NCBI GenBank assembly: GCA_019424985.1
Contig: JAHYYM010000007.1
Location: 4,467 to 68,466, forward strand
Origin: Collinsella sp.
Lineage (GTDB): Bacteria > Actinomycetota > Coriobacteriia > Coriobacteriales > Coriobacteriaceae
Direction: 5' to 3'
DNA: 64,000 bases
The position numbers were made by a program, and so were the translations under genes. Shown here piece by piece: positions 33,410-42,545 of this stretch (positions are counted from its first letter, which is position 1; each line of letters opens with the position of its first letter). Below the pieces are notes generated by a model. That model made no database searches. It was not told the origin of the DNA and saw only the letters and a list, made by a program, of their open reading frames with translations.

Positions 33410-35158
33410 CTACATACGCCCCAATTCGCCCACGATATGACCCACGCGGTCCTCGGGCTCCTTGACCTCGACGCCGTTGTAGCGGAAGAACCGCGCCGGG
33501 TCGTGCATCAGGTCCTCGAGCGGCACCAGCACAAAGTCGCGCTCGCCAATGAGCGGATGCGGCAGGCGCAGCTTCTTGCCGCCGTGAGTCTCGCCATCCA
33601 TCCACAGCAGGTCCAAGTCGATGGTGCGCGGGCCGTTGACCTTGGCCTTCTTAGAACGGTCGCGACCCAGCTCGAACTCGATCTTCATGAGCTCGTCAAG
33701 CAGCACCAGCGGAGCCAGCTCGGTCTTGATCTCGATGACGGCGTTGGCAAACGCGTCCTGGCGCGTCTCGTAGGCAGGCTTGCTCTCGTAGATCTTGGAG
33801 GAGTTGGACACGCAGGTGAGTGGAATCTCGGCGATCATCTCGCGTGCGGCGCGGATGTTGTCGCAGCGATGCCCCAGGTTGGAGCCCACAGCCACAAACG
33901 CGCGGCGCGGCTGCGGCTTGGCAACCGCCCAGTAGCCGTTCAGGAACTGCGCAAAACCCGCGGCGTCGTGCACGCGCACGATGTTGGCACCGGCCTGGAT
34001 GGCGCCCAGGCACACGCCAAACGTGGCGGCATCGCGCGCGGCGGCCTCGGTCACGCCCGAGATAGCGCCCACAAAACGCTTGCGCGACACGGCGCACATG
34101 AGCGGATAGCCCAGTGACGCCATCTTGGCAGTCTCGCGCTGGATGACGATGTCCTCGTTAGCCGACTTACCAAAGCCCGGGCCAGGATCGATGCAGATGC
34201 GGTCGCGCGACACGCCGGCATGGATGAGCGTGCGGGCCTGGTCGGACAGAAAGCCCATAACGCGGCGCATGATGGGCGCCGAATCGGGCAGGGTGAAGCG
34301 GCGGAGCTGCGAGGTGGGCACGTAGGCTTCCTCGCGGCGGGCGCTGCGGCGCATCATGGCGGCCAGGCGGTCATTGGACTCCGATGCGGCCTCGGTGGCT
34401 GCGGGCGTGGCCTCGGGCGCGGGCGCGACGGTCTCGGCGGCAGTAGCCTGCTCGGCGGCCGGCGTCTCCTGCCCCAGCTCGGTTGCAGGCTCGGACGTGG
34501 GCTCCGGTTCGCCAAACGGCAACGAGGGCTGCACCACGCCGCCCGGAAGCTTGGCCTCCGGCTTAGGATCGCCCAGCAGCTTGCCGCGACGGCGGCGAGC
34601 CGGCTTCTCGGCCTCACGCGCGGCCTCGGCAGCCGCCTCGCGCGCCTTCTCGGCAACAAACGCCGCTGCCGAGGTATCGAGCTGCACCGTTGCGTGCGTG
34701 CGGGTGGGCGCGGCGACCTCGCCGGCATGCATCACGATGACGCCGCAGGTACTCGTCTTAACAAACTCGACCATCTTGGGATCGGTGAAGCCCGTCACGT
34801 CGTTGACGATCGAGGCGCCGCAGCGCACGGCCGCCTTGGCAACCGCCACATGACGCGTGTCGATCGAGACGATGGCGCCCTCCTTGGCCAGTGCGCGCAC
34901 CACGGGCAGCACGCGGCGAGCCTCCTCGTCGGGGTTGACCGGGGTAAAACCAGGGCGTGTGGACTCGCCGCCCACGTCGATGATGTCGGCGCCGGCGTCG
35001 AGCATCGCCAGGCCGTACTCGATGGCGGCATCGGGGTCGAAGTGCTCCCCGCCATCGCTAAACGAATCGGGCGTCACGTTGAGGACGCCCATGATGCGCG
35101 GACGGTCAAAGCTGAGCTCGTACTTTCCGCACCGCCATGTCTTGCTGTCGTTCGCCAT
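33410..35158 (-). CDS. folP: Bifunctional dihydropteroate synthase / HPPK fusion (FolP-FolK order) with internal low-complexity insertion
   Basis: DHPS: GVLNVTPDSFSDGG, DVGGESTRPG, IDPGPGFGK. HPPK: AFVAVGSNLG, RTIDLDLL, LPHPLIGERDFVLVPL. Start is ATG 35158 (AGGAGG 6 nt upstream). Confidence 0.85.
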   Translation of the reverse strand: MANDSKTWRCGKYELSFDRPRIMGVLNVTPDSFSDGGEHFDPDAAIEYGLAMLDAGADIIDVGGESTRPGFTPVNPDEEARRVLPVVRALAKEGAIVSIDTRHVAVAKAAVRCGASIVNDVTGFTDPKMVEFVKTSTCGVIVMHAGEVAAPTRTHATVQLDTSAAAFVAEKAREAAAEAAREAEKPARRRRGKLLGDPKPEAKLPGGVVQPSLPFGEPEPTSEPATELGQETPAAEQATAAETVAPAPEATPAATEAASESNDRLAAMMRRSARREEAYVPTSQLRRFTLPDSAPIMRRVMGFLSDQARTLIHAGVSRDRICIDPGPGFGKSANEDIVIQRETAKMASLGYPLMCAVSRKRFVGAISGVTEAAARDAATFGVCLGAIQAGANIVRVHDAAGFAQFLNGYWAVAKPQPRRAFVAVGSNLGHRCDNIRAAREMIAEIPLTCVSNSSKIYESKPAYETRQDAFANAVIEIKTELAPLVLLDELMKIEFELGRDRSKKAKVNGPRTIDLDLLWMDGETHGGKKLRLPHPLIGERDFVLVPLEDLMHDPARFFRYNGVEVKEPEDRVGHIVGELGRM

Positions 35159-35176
35159 GAACATCCTCCTAAAATG

Positions 35177-35213
35177 CCCACGCCGCCGAGCTTGGAGAGC
35201 TGGCGGCGGGGTC
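35177..35213 (-). terminator. Imperfect hairpin plus T-run between the Sir2 gene and folP-folK
   Basis: Minus sense: ACCCCGCCGCCAGCT..AGCTCGGCGGCGTGGG followed by CATTTT, directly before the folP SD. Confidence 0.4.
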
Positions 35214-35253
35214 GCTTTGCACTCAGTCTTTCTATTGTATCCGCGCGCGCGGG

Positions 35254-36006
35254 CTAGAACGCAAACGCGGCCGCGATGTCGCAAGAAATCAGCAGGTCGG
35301 CATTTGCATCCTGATCGGTGGGAGCAAGGTTGCATATGGCCAGCGTATCGCCGGTAAAGTAACGCGTAAGGCCCGCCGCCGGATACACCACGAGCGAGGT
35401 CCCACCCACAATGAGGGCATCGGCCGCGGCGATGGCGGCAACGGCACCGGTCAGCACATGCTCATCGAGCGGCTCCTCGTAGAGCACCACATCGGGCTTG
35501 ATGCGCCCGCCGCACGCAGGACACACAGGCACGCCCGCGGCGTCCTCGTGCTCGCGCGAGCAAATCCACTCGGCGCTATAGACCGCGCCGCACGACTGGC
35601 AAATGTTGCGATGGACCGATCCGTGCAGCTCGAACACGCGCTGCGAGCCGGCCGCCTGGTGCAGACCGTCGATATTTTGCGTCACCACGGCGTCGAGCTT
35701 GCCGGCGCGCTCCAGCTCGGCCAGCTTGGTGTGGCAGCGGTTAGGCTTAGCGTTAAGCGCGATCATCTTGGTGCGGTAAAAGTCGAAGAACTCCGCAGGA
35801 TGTGCCTCGTAAAAGCTATGCGACAGCATGGTCTCGGGCGGATAGGCAAACTGCTGGTGATACAGGCCGTCCACGCTGCGGAAATCTGGGATGCCACTTG
35901 CCGTGGAAACACCAGCGCCGCCAAAGAAGACCACGCGCTTGTGGGTGTCAAACAGATCCGCCAGCGCGGCGGAGGCCTGCCTGGGGTCCGATATTGCCTG
36001 CGTCAT
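35254..36006 (-). CDS. cobB: NAD-dependent protein deacylase, Sir2/CobB family
   Basis: GAGVSTASGIPDFRS, QNIDGLH, Zn-ribbon CQSC...CPAC. SD GGAGG is 6 nt upstream. Confidence 0.9.
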   Translation of the reverse strand: MTQAISDPRQASAALADLFDTHKRVVFFGGAGVSTASGIPDFRSVDGLYHQQFAYPPETMLSHSFYEAHPAEFFDFYRTKMIALNAKPNRCHTKLAELERAGKLDAVVTQNIDGLHQAAGSQRVFELHGSVHRNICQSCGAVYSAEWICSREHEDAAGVPVCPACGGRIKPDVVLYEEPLDEHVLTGAVAAIAAADALIVGGTSLVVYPAAGLTRYFTGDTLAICNLAPTDQDANADLLISCDIAAAFAF

Positions 36007-36141
36007 ATGAGTCCTCCGTCCTTGTTAGTCGGGCAGCGTTGAGCGACGTCCCAGCATGCGGCCTTTAAGTCAGCATGCACGGAGCCCACCCCGCCCCTGT
36101 TGCGCTAATCTTAAGCCTGCCAACCCCGTCGAAAGGACACC

Positions 36142-36960
36142 ATGCCTCAGACTTACACTTTCGCCTCGTGGAACGTCAACGGCCTGCGCGCCGTGCTCAA
36201 AAAGGACCCGAGCTTTATCCAGATTGCGCAAGAACTCGACGTCAATATCCTGGCGCTGCAGGAGACCAAGCTGCAGGAGGGCCAGGTCGATATCGACCTG
36301 CCCGGCTATCACCAAACCTGGAGCTACGCCGAGCGCAAAGGCTATTCGGGCACCGCGGTCTTTAGCCGCCAGGAACCGCTGCGCGTGCTGCACGCCGACG
36401 CGCTGTTACCCTACGCCGGCGAGGGCGAGGCCGCCGAGCTCGTTGCCCAAGCCGCAACCGAGGGCCGCGTCTGTGCGCTCGAGTTCGACAAGTTTTGGTT
36501 TGTGGATGTCTACACGCCCAACGCGCAAAACGAACTCGCGCGCATCGATGTGCGCATGGCCTGGGACGATGCCTATCGCGGCTTTTTGAGCGCGCTTGAG
36601 CGCGAGAGCGGCAAGCCCGTCGTAACTTGCGGCGACTTTAACGTGGCGCACGAGGAGATCGACCTTAAGAACCCCAAGTCCAACCGCGGCAACGCGGGCT
36701 TTTCGGACGAAGAACGCGGCAAGTTTACCGAGCTGCTCAACGCCGGCTTCACCGATACCTGGCGCGCGGCAAACCCCGACGTCGAGGGCGTCTACAGCTG
36801 GTGGAGCTACCGCTTTAATGCTCGCAAGAACAACGCCGGCTGGCGCATCGATTATTTCCTGGTGAGCGACGCAATCGCCGACAACGTACGCGACACCGGC
36901 ATCCGCGGCGACATCTTTGGCAGCGACCACTGCCCCGTCACCCTCACGCTAGAACTCTAG
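36142..36960 (+). CDS. xth: Exodeoxyribonuclease III (AP endonuclease)
   Basis: FASWNVNGLRA, LQETK, C-terminal SDHCPV. Confidence 0.9.
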   Translation: MPQTYTFASWNVNGLRAVLKKDPSFIQIAQELDVNILALQETKLQEGQVDIDLPGYHQTWSYAERKGYSGTAVFSRQEPLRVLHADALLPYAGEGEAAELVAQAATEGRVCALEFDKFWFVDVYTPNAQNELARIDVRMAWDDAYRGFLSALERESGKPVVTCGDFNVAHEEIDLKNPKSNRGNAGFSDEERGKFTELLNAGFTDTWRAANPDVEGVYSWWSYRFNARKNNAGWRIDYFLVSDAIADNVRDTGIRGDIFGSDHCPVTLTLEL

Positions 36961-37032
36961 CCCCAATTGATCCCCTGGGGACGGAGGAAAAGGGATCATT
37001 TTCACCTCGCGAGGGAACCCACGCGGCCCTCC

Positions 37033-37193
37033 CGCCACGGAACTGACCCATCTACTACGTTTAAGCCACTACCCTCAACCACAGCGAACAACGCAAAAAG
37101 AAAACCGCAGGTAGAAAGCCTGCGGTTTTTCATAAAACGCGGTCATGGTCGGGGGTATCAAGCTAAACGTAGTAGATGGGCCAGTTTCGTGGC
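37033..37193. mobile_element. 161-bp MITE-like element (type B copy)
   Basis: TIRs cgccacggaactgacccatctactacgtt / taaacgtagtagatgggccagtttcgtggc. Internal aaaaccgcaggtagaaagcctgcggttttt hairpin and ggtcatggtcggggg box. Confidence 0.7.
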
Positions 37194-37288
37194 AAGCGCC
37201 GCCAACTGATTCCCCGGGGACGTCTGGAGACGGAGGAAAACGGATCGATTTGGCTCTCTGAGGGCCACGATGCCCGTCATATCAGCCG

Positions 37289-37455
37289 GCCATTCCAAAA
37301 CTATGCCGGTTTACGGGGCTGAATCGCGAACCCCCAACCATACGCAATTCCGAAATAATAAAACCTCAGGTAAACGGCTTGCTCTATTTTGAAAAAAGCC
37401 GGTATGGTCGGCCTACGCTAATCTAGCCCCGTAAACCGGCATAGTTTTGAAATGG
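37289..37455. mobile_element. 167-bp MITE-like element (type C copy)
   Basis: TIRs gccattccaaaactatgccggtttacgggg / ccccgtaaaccggcatagttttgaaatgg. Confidence 0.7.
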
Positions 37456-37495
37456 TACTTCGGAAGTATTGATTCACGCCCCGGCGCAACCAGCC

Positions 37496-38209
37496 CTACA
37501 GCCCGTATTTCACGACAACGCGGTTGATCCGTCGACACCAAGGCTTGTAGAGGGCGGCCAAGAACACGCAGGTCGCGAGGCCGTGTGTGATATCGAACGG
37601 CACTGCCGTGGCAAGACGCGCCACGACGCCCGCCCACGTGAGCGGTTGTACAAAACCGATAATGTCGTACGCGTTGATCACCACGCCGTACAGCAGACCC
37701 GAAGCAAAGCCGTACGCCATCAGCGCCGGCATGCGCACGGTTCCATCCGCACGGTCGAACGCACCGGCATGCGCCAGCGCACCGCCAACATAGCCAACCA
37801 GGCCCCAGGCATACATCTGCCATGGCGTCCACATGCCCTGCCCAAAAAAGAAATTGCTGGTCAGTGCTGCCAACGCGCCGACCATGAAGCCGTTGCGACG
37901 CCCGAGCGTCGCCCCGGCGATGATGGCGATGGCGCTCACGGGTTTAAAGTCGGGAATGGGGCCGAACAAGATGCGGCCCGCCGCCGCCAGCGCCGCCAGC
38001 ACCAGCGTGGGCATAATCTGGCGCAGGCCCGGTCGCGACGCCTCGTAGCCTGCAAAGAACAGCGCAAGCACCAGCGCCACCACGACAAGCATGGCGAGCG
38101 CCGCCTGCTCAACGCCCGCCAGCAACGCCGTTGCCATCACCGCCGGCACCGCCAACAACAGCGGAATCTCCAGTTTTGTGAGTAAACGCGAGAAACGACA
38201 GTCCGTCAT
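37496..38209 (-). CDS. Putative ECF transporter S (substrate-capture) component, specificity unknown
   Basis: ~6-TM protein (NFFFGQGMWTPWQMYAWGLVGY) immediately downstream of the ECF A-A and T genes. ATG 38209 is 4 nt after the ATPase stop. Confidence 0.6.
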   Translation of the reverse strand: MTDCRFSRLLTKLEIPLLLAVPAVMATALLAGVEQAALAMLVVVALVLALFFAGYEASRPGLRQIMPTLVLAALAAAGRILFGPIPDFKPVSAIAIIAGATLGRRNGFMVGALAALTSNFFFGQGMWTPWQMYAWGLVGYVGGALAHAGAFDRADGTVRMPALMAYGFASGLLYGVVINAYDIIGFVQPLTWAGVVARLATAVPFDITHGLATCVFLAALYKPWCRRINRVVVKYGL

Positions 38210-38213
38210 CCCA

Positions 38214-39857
38214 TCACGCCCTATAGAACACGTTGTCGGCAAAGAAGTCGGCCGGGGGCTCCACGCAGGCAATCTCGCCGTCAAACATCATGGCGACGTC
38301 GTCGGCTACCTGCTCGGCAAAGTCCAAATCGTGCGTAGCCATGATGACGGTGCCGCCAGCCTTCGCATGGTCACGCAGGGCACGGGCGATGATGCGGCGG
38401 CTGGCCAGGTCCAAACCCTTGGTGGGCTCATCGAGCAATAGCAGCTCGGGGCCAATCAACAGCAGCTTTGCCAACGCAAGCAGCTGGCACTGACCGCCCG
38501 AAAGATCGTACGGGTGACGCGCCTCCAAGCCCGCCAGACCCAGGCGCGCTGTCTGCTCCCGTGCTGCGGCCTCGTCGTATCCGCAGGTCGAGGCCCATTC
38601 CATCAGCTCATCGCGAACCGTCTCGGCAACCAGCAATGCCTTGGGATTCTGTGGCAGCAGCGCCGCCGAGGCCGCTTCGCGCACCATGCGGCCGCGCTGC
38701 AGCTTGGCGGTCTTCGCCAGCACCGAGAGCATCGTCGACTTACCGCATCCGTTGCCGCCCACGATTGCATGCACCGCGCCAGCCGAAAACGAAGCATCGA
38801 GCCCGCGCAGCACCCAGCCGGACGCTCGATCGTAGCGAAACCAGCCTTCCGACAGGGTGGTAGCCGACCCGCCGTGCATTTTTTGGAGTATTCTGCTTCC
38901 ATCCGTGCGCGAGAAGGCTTCCGAGCCGTTCTCGAGCGACGTTTGCGCCACAAATTCGGACGATTTGTCCAATTCCGAACTTTTTTTCGCGCTCGATACG
39001 TCCCCGGGCGGCTCCAGAGAGCCCAAATTGTCCTCACGCCTGCTGAATACTCCTTTATTTGCACATCGGATGGCACCCCACCCCAACATGTCATCGGAAA
39101 ACAGCGATTCTCGGCGTCCCAAAGAAGCCATATCCGCCACCTCGCGCACGCGACCGTCCTCAATCCGGTACGCACACGTCGCGTATTCGAGCATTGGGCG
39201 CGGCTGATGCGTCGCCACAACAACCGTGCAGCCCAGCTCGCGATTCACACGAAACAGCGCGTGCAGGAAATTCTTCTCCGCAACCGGATCAAGCTGAGAC
39301 GTGGGCTCGTCGAGCAGCAGCACGCGCGGGCGCAGCGTCAGAACGGCCGCCAACGACAGCAACTGTTTGCGACCGCCCGAAAGCGTGTCAGTATCGCGAT
39401 GAAGCCAGTCCTCCAGACCAAAGAAATAGCTGGTCTCAGCTACGCGACGGCGCATCTCATCACGCGCTAGCCCCAAGTTTTCCAGGCCAAACGCCATCTC
39501 GTGCCACACGGTTTCGCACACGATCTGGTTCTCGGGATCCTGGAACACATAGCCCACGCGCTCCGCCGATGCCCGCACATCCATGTCGGCGACGTTCTCG
39601 CCCAGCACGAGCAGTTCGCCAGTGCGCTCGCCCGCCGGAGCGATCTCGGGCTTGAGTAGCGACAGCAACGTCGACTTACCCGATCCGGTACCGCCGACAA
39701 GCAGCGCAAATGCACCTTGGGGAACAGACCAGTCGAGTCCCTCGAGCACCGCAGCATCCGCATCGGGGTAGGCAAAGCTCAGGCTCCGCACCTCAATCGC
39801 CGGCATATCCGGGCCGTATGCCGCGCCCGACACCGGTCCCCTATCCAACCGAGCCAT
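38214..39857 (-). CDS. ECF transporter fused double ATPase (EcfA-EcfA', CbiO-like)
   Basis: Half 1: GGTGSGKST, LSGGRKQ, LLLDEPTSQLD. Half 2: GGNGCGKST, LSGGQCQ, LLLDEPTKGLD. The inter-domain linker is ~90 aa and lower in GC. Confidence 0.9.
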   Translation of the reverse strand: MARLDRGPVSGAAYGPDMPAIEVRSLSFAYPDADAAVLEGLDWSVPQGAFALLVGGTGSGKSTLLSLLKPEIAPAGERTGELLVLGENVADMDVRASAERVGYVFQDPENQIVCETVWHEMAFGLENLGLARDEMRRRVAETSYFFGLEDWLHRDTDTLSGGRKQLLSLAAVLTLRPRVLLLDEPTSQLDPVAEKNFLHALFRVNRELGCTVVVATHQPRPMLEYATCAYRIEDGRVREVADMASLGRRESLFSDDMLGWGAIRCANKGVFSRREDNLGSLEPPGDVSSAKKSSELDKSSEFVAQTSLENGSEAFSRTDGSRILQKMHGGSATTLSEGWFRYDRASGWVLRGLDASFSAGAVHAIVGGNGCGKSTMLSVLAKTAKLQRGRMVREAASAALLPQNPKALLVAETVRDELMEWASTCGYDEAAAREQTARLGLAGLEARHPYDLSGGQCQLLALAKLLLIGPELLLLDEPTKGLDLASRRIIARALRDHAKAGGTVIMATHDLDFAEQVADDVAMMFDGEIACVEPPADFFADNVFYRA

Positions 39858-40768
39858 CAGCCGAACCTCTTCTCATCGATCGCATGCAACACGCAGGGCA
39901 GCATCATCCAGGCAGCGTACACGACATAGCCCAGCCACGGCGCCGGCACCGATAGTTGCGGGTAAAACGAATACTGCGTTGTCGCGGTCCATGCCACCGC
40001 CACCGCAGCGGCACCAAACACCGCAAGCCCAACCAGCGCGGCAACATCGCCGCGACCCAGCCGATACCGCGCGTACGTCGTGCGACGTGTCGCGGCGCCC
40101 CATCCACGGGAGCGCATGGCGTCCGCGCGCTCCAGCGAATCTTCCATGCCCCAGCCCATCAACACGCTCGATGCCCGTAGGCGCGAACGCACGGGATCGG
40201 CCGGCGCGCGACCCGGCACATCAATCGCATCCTGCACCGCCAGTACCGTACGACCGCGGCGTAAAAACTGCGGGATAAGCCGCATGCACATCGAGATCAT
40301 GAGCACGAGCACCGGCGCGGCGTTGCCCAAAAGCGCAAGTACCTTGTCGTATTCGAGCATCGACGCCGCGGCCTCAAACCACAGCACGCTCGCCACGAAC
40401 AGCCCGCCCATGCACAGGCCGTAAACCATGCTCTCTAGATACACCGCACGCATGCCAATACGAAACAGCTCCGTCGAGCCCGATGCACTAAACAGCGGAT
40501 TGAGCACCGCAATGATCAAAATCACCGGCAGCTGCCAGCGAAGCGCGCCCAACGTGCGCGCAACACCGCGCGTCGCAAGCCCGTACGCCAACCCGCCCGC
40601 AAGCGATAGCGCAATCAGCACCGGTTGCATCGAGAACATGGTGAGCCCCAACGTCAGCACCATGTAGAGCGCCGGCACCGCCGGATGCGACATCGAAAAT
40701 GCCGCGACGGGTTCGTTGCCCGATTCCTCTCGCATGGTGTCCACGGGCATCCCCATCCCCTCGCTCAA
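39857..40768 (-). CDS. ECF transporter transmembrane (T) component, CbiQ/EcfT family
   Basis: Multi-TM protein. TGATG overlap with the ATPase gene. The exact start is uncertain. Confidence 0.75.
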   Translation of the reverse strand: MSEGMGMPVDTMREESGNEPVAAFSMSHPAVPALYMVLTLGLTMFSMQPVLIALSLAGGLAYGLATRGVARTLGALRWQLPVILIIAVLNPLFSASGSTELFRIGMRAVYLESMVYGLCMGGLFVASVLWFEAAASMLEYDKVLALLGNAAPVLVLMISMCMRLIPQFLRRGRTVLAVQDAIDVPGRAPADPVRSRLRASSVLMGWGMEDSLERADAMRSRGWGAATRRTTYARYRLGRGDVAALVGLAVFGAAAVAVAWTATTQYSFYPQLSVPAPWLGYVVYAAWMMLPCVLHAIDEKRFG

Positions 40769-40940
40769 ACGTCAACGCCGCAGCGCCGCCACCATACACA
40801 ACCAGCGCAAACGCCGTACCGCCGGCCCAAGCCTCAGCTGCCGCGCATCAATCGTTACGCGCTCATCATATGCCTGCGGTATCATATTGCGCCGTGTATC
40901 GTTTCCAAACACACGTCTCTATAACGTAACAGGAGATCAC

Positions 40941-42353
40941 ATGGACGCAACCGCAATTATCCTCGCCGCCGGCGAGGGCACCCGCATGAAGTCGAACCAC
41001 TGCAAGGTTTCGCACAAGATTCTAGGCAAGCCCATGGTTCAGTGGATCGTCGACGCCACCATCAAGGCCGGCTGCAGCCGCGTCGTGGTCGTCATCGGCA
41101 GCCACGCCGACGAGATGCGCGCCCTCATCGATGGCGCCTACGCCAACAGCGCCACCAAAGTCGAGTGCGTCGAGCAGACCGAGCGCCTGGGCACCGGCCA
41201 TGCCGTCAAGGTCGCGCTCGAGGCCTGCGGCATCGCGCAAGGCCCCGTCGTCGTGCTCAACGGTGACCTGCCGCTCATCACCGCCGACACCGTCGCCAAG
41301 TTCGCGCAGACCGTCGCCACCGGCGAGCTCGCCTGCACCGTCATGACCATGACCCCGCCCGATCCTTTTGGCTACGGCCGCATCAAGCTGGGCGCCGATG
41401 GTCAGATCGAGCGCATCATCGAGCAGAAGGACTGCACGCCCGAGCAGGCCGCCACGCTGCTGGAGTGCAACGCCGGCTGCTACGCCTTCGACGGCGCGCA
41501 GCTTGCCGCCCACATTAACGAGATCGGCAACGACAACGCGCAGTCCGAGTACTACCTGCCCGACATGCTCGAAATCCTCAAGGGTCACGGCCAGGCAGTC
41601 TCCATCTTCCACTGCGACGACTACCGCGACGGCCTGGGCGTCAACAGCCGCATCCAGCTCGCGCAGCTCACCGCCATCGCGCGCGACCGCATCAACGAGC
41701 ACTGGATGGCAGAAGGCGTCACGTTCATCGACCCCACGCAGGCCTGGATCGGTCCCGACGCCACCATCGGCCGCGACACCGTCGTGTGGCCGCAGACGCA
41801 TCTGATCGGTCACGTCACCGTGGGCGAGGAGTGCCAGCTCGGCCCCAACAGCCGCCTCACCGACACCACCGTCGGCAGCGGCTGCATCATCGATGAGACC
41901 ATCGCCATCGAGGCCGTCATCGAGAACGGCGTCGACTGCGGCCCGCGCGCCTACCTGCGCCCGGGCACCCACATGCTCGACGGCTCCAAGGCCGGTACGC
42001 ACGTGGAAATCAAGAAGTCCACGATCGGCGAGGGTTCCAAGGTGCCCCACCTGTCCTACATCGGCGACACCACCATGGGCTCCGGCGTCAACGTAGGCGC
42101 GGGCTCTATCACCTGCAACTACGACGGCGTCCACAAGCACAAGACCGTCATCGGCAAGGATGCCTTCATCGGTTCTGACACCATGATGGTCGCGCCCGCC
42201 CAGATTGGCGACGGTGCGCTCGTGGCCGCCGGCTCCGTCATCACCGAGCCGGTCCCGGCCGACGCACTCGGTCTGGGCCGCGCCCGTCAGGTAAATATTG
42301 AGGGCTGGGCCGCCGATTATCGCCGTCGTCTGCACGAGGACGACGAGGCATAA
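40941..42353 (+). CDS. glmU: Bifunctional UDP-N-acetylglucosamine pyrophosphorylase / glucosamine-1-phosphate N-acetyltransferase
   Basis: LAAGEGTRMKS, C-terminal left-handed beta-helix hexapeptide repeats. SD AGGAG before ATG 40941; the ORF-track N-extension was rejected. Confidence 0.95.
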   Translation: MDATAIILAAGEGTRMKSNHCKVSHKILGKPMVQWIVDATIKAGCSRVVVVIGSHADEMRALIDGAYANSATKVECVEQTERLGTGHAVKVALEACGIAQGPVVVLNGDLPLITADTVAKFAQTVATGELACTVMTMTPPDPFGYGRIKLGADGQIERIIEQKDCTPEQAATLLECNAGCYAFDGAQLAAHINEIGNDNAQSEYYLPDMLEILKGHGQAVSIFHCDDYRDGLGVNSRIQLAQLTAIARDRINEHWMAEGVTFIDPTQAWIGPDATIGRDTVVWPQTHLIGHVTVGEECQLGPNSRLTDTTVGSGCIIDETIAIEAVIENGVDCGPRAYLRPGTHMLDGSKAGTHVEIKKSTIGEGSKVPHLSYIGDTTMGSGVNVGAGSITCNYDGVHKHKTVIGKDAFIGSDTMMVAPAQIGDGALVAAGSVITEPVPADALGLGRARQVNIEGWAADYRRRLHEDDEA

Positions 42354-42368
42354 CGTTTCACCAAGCAC

Positions 42369-42402
42369 AAAAGGAGCTGTTCCATGGGGACGGCTCCTTT
42401 TT
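42369..42402 (+). terminator. Rho-independent terminator after glmU
   Basis: aaaaggagc ... gctccttttt. Confidence 0.75.
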
Positions 42403-42545
42403 CTATCGTGACCTGCGCGACCGGATGAGTGGTCGGTTCGTGTCCGTTGACGGTAAAGACGTTATCAAGACCCGATTAACCCCGCCGCACGGTTACAATG
42501 CAAAAAGGCATCTATATGGCATTCGATGTATAAAGGAGAAGGGTA

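Noticed and set aside
40716-40940. N-terminal extensions offered by the ORF track for glmU (40716), folP-folK (35335), the histidine kinase (19494), the EIIA (53995), the S component (38284) and others
   Set aside because: The extensions overlap upstream genes or intergenic DNA and encode Arg/Pro/Cys-rich junk. Internal ATGs with good SD spacing coincide with the conserved protein N-termini.
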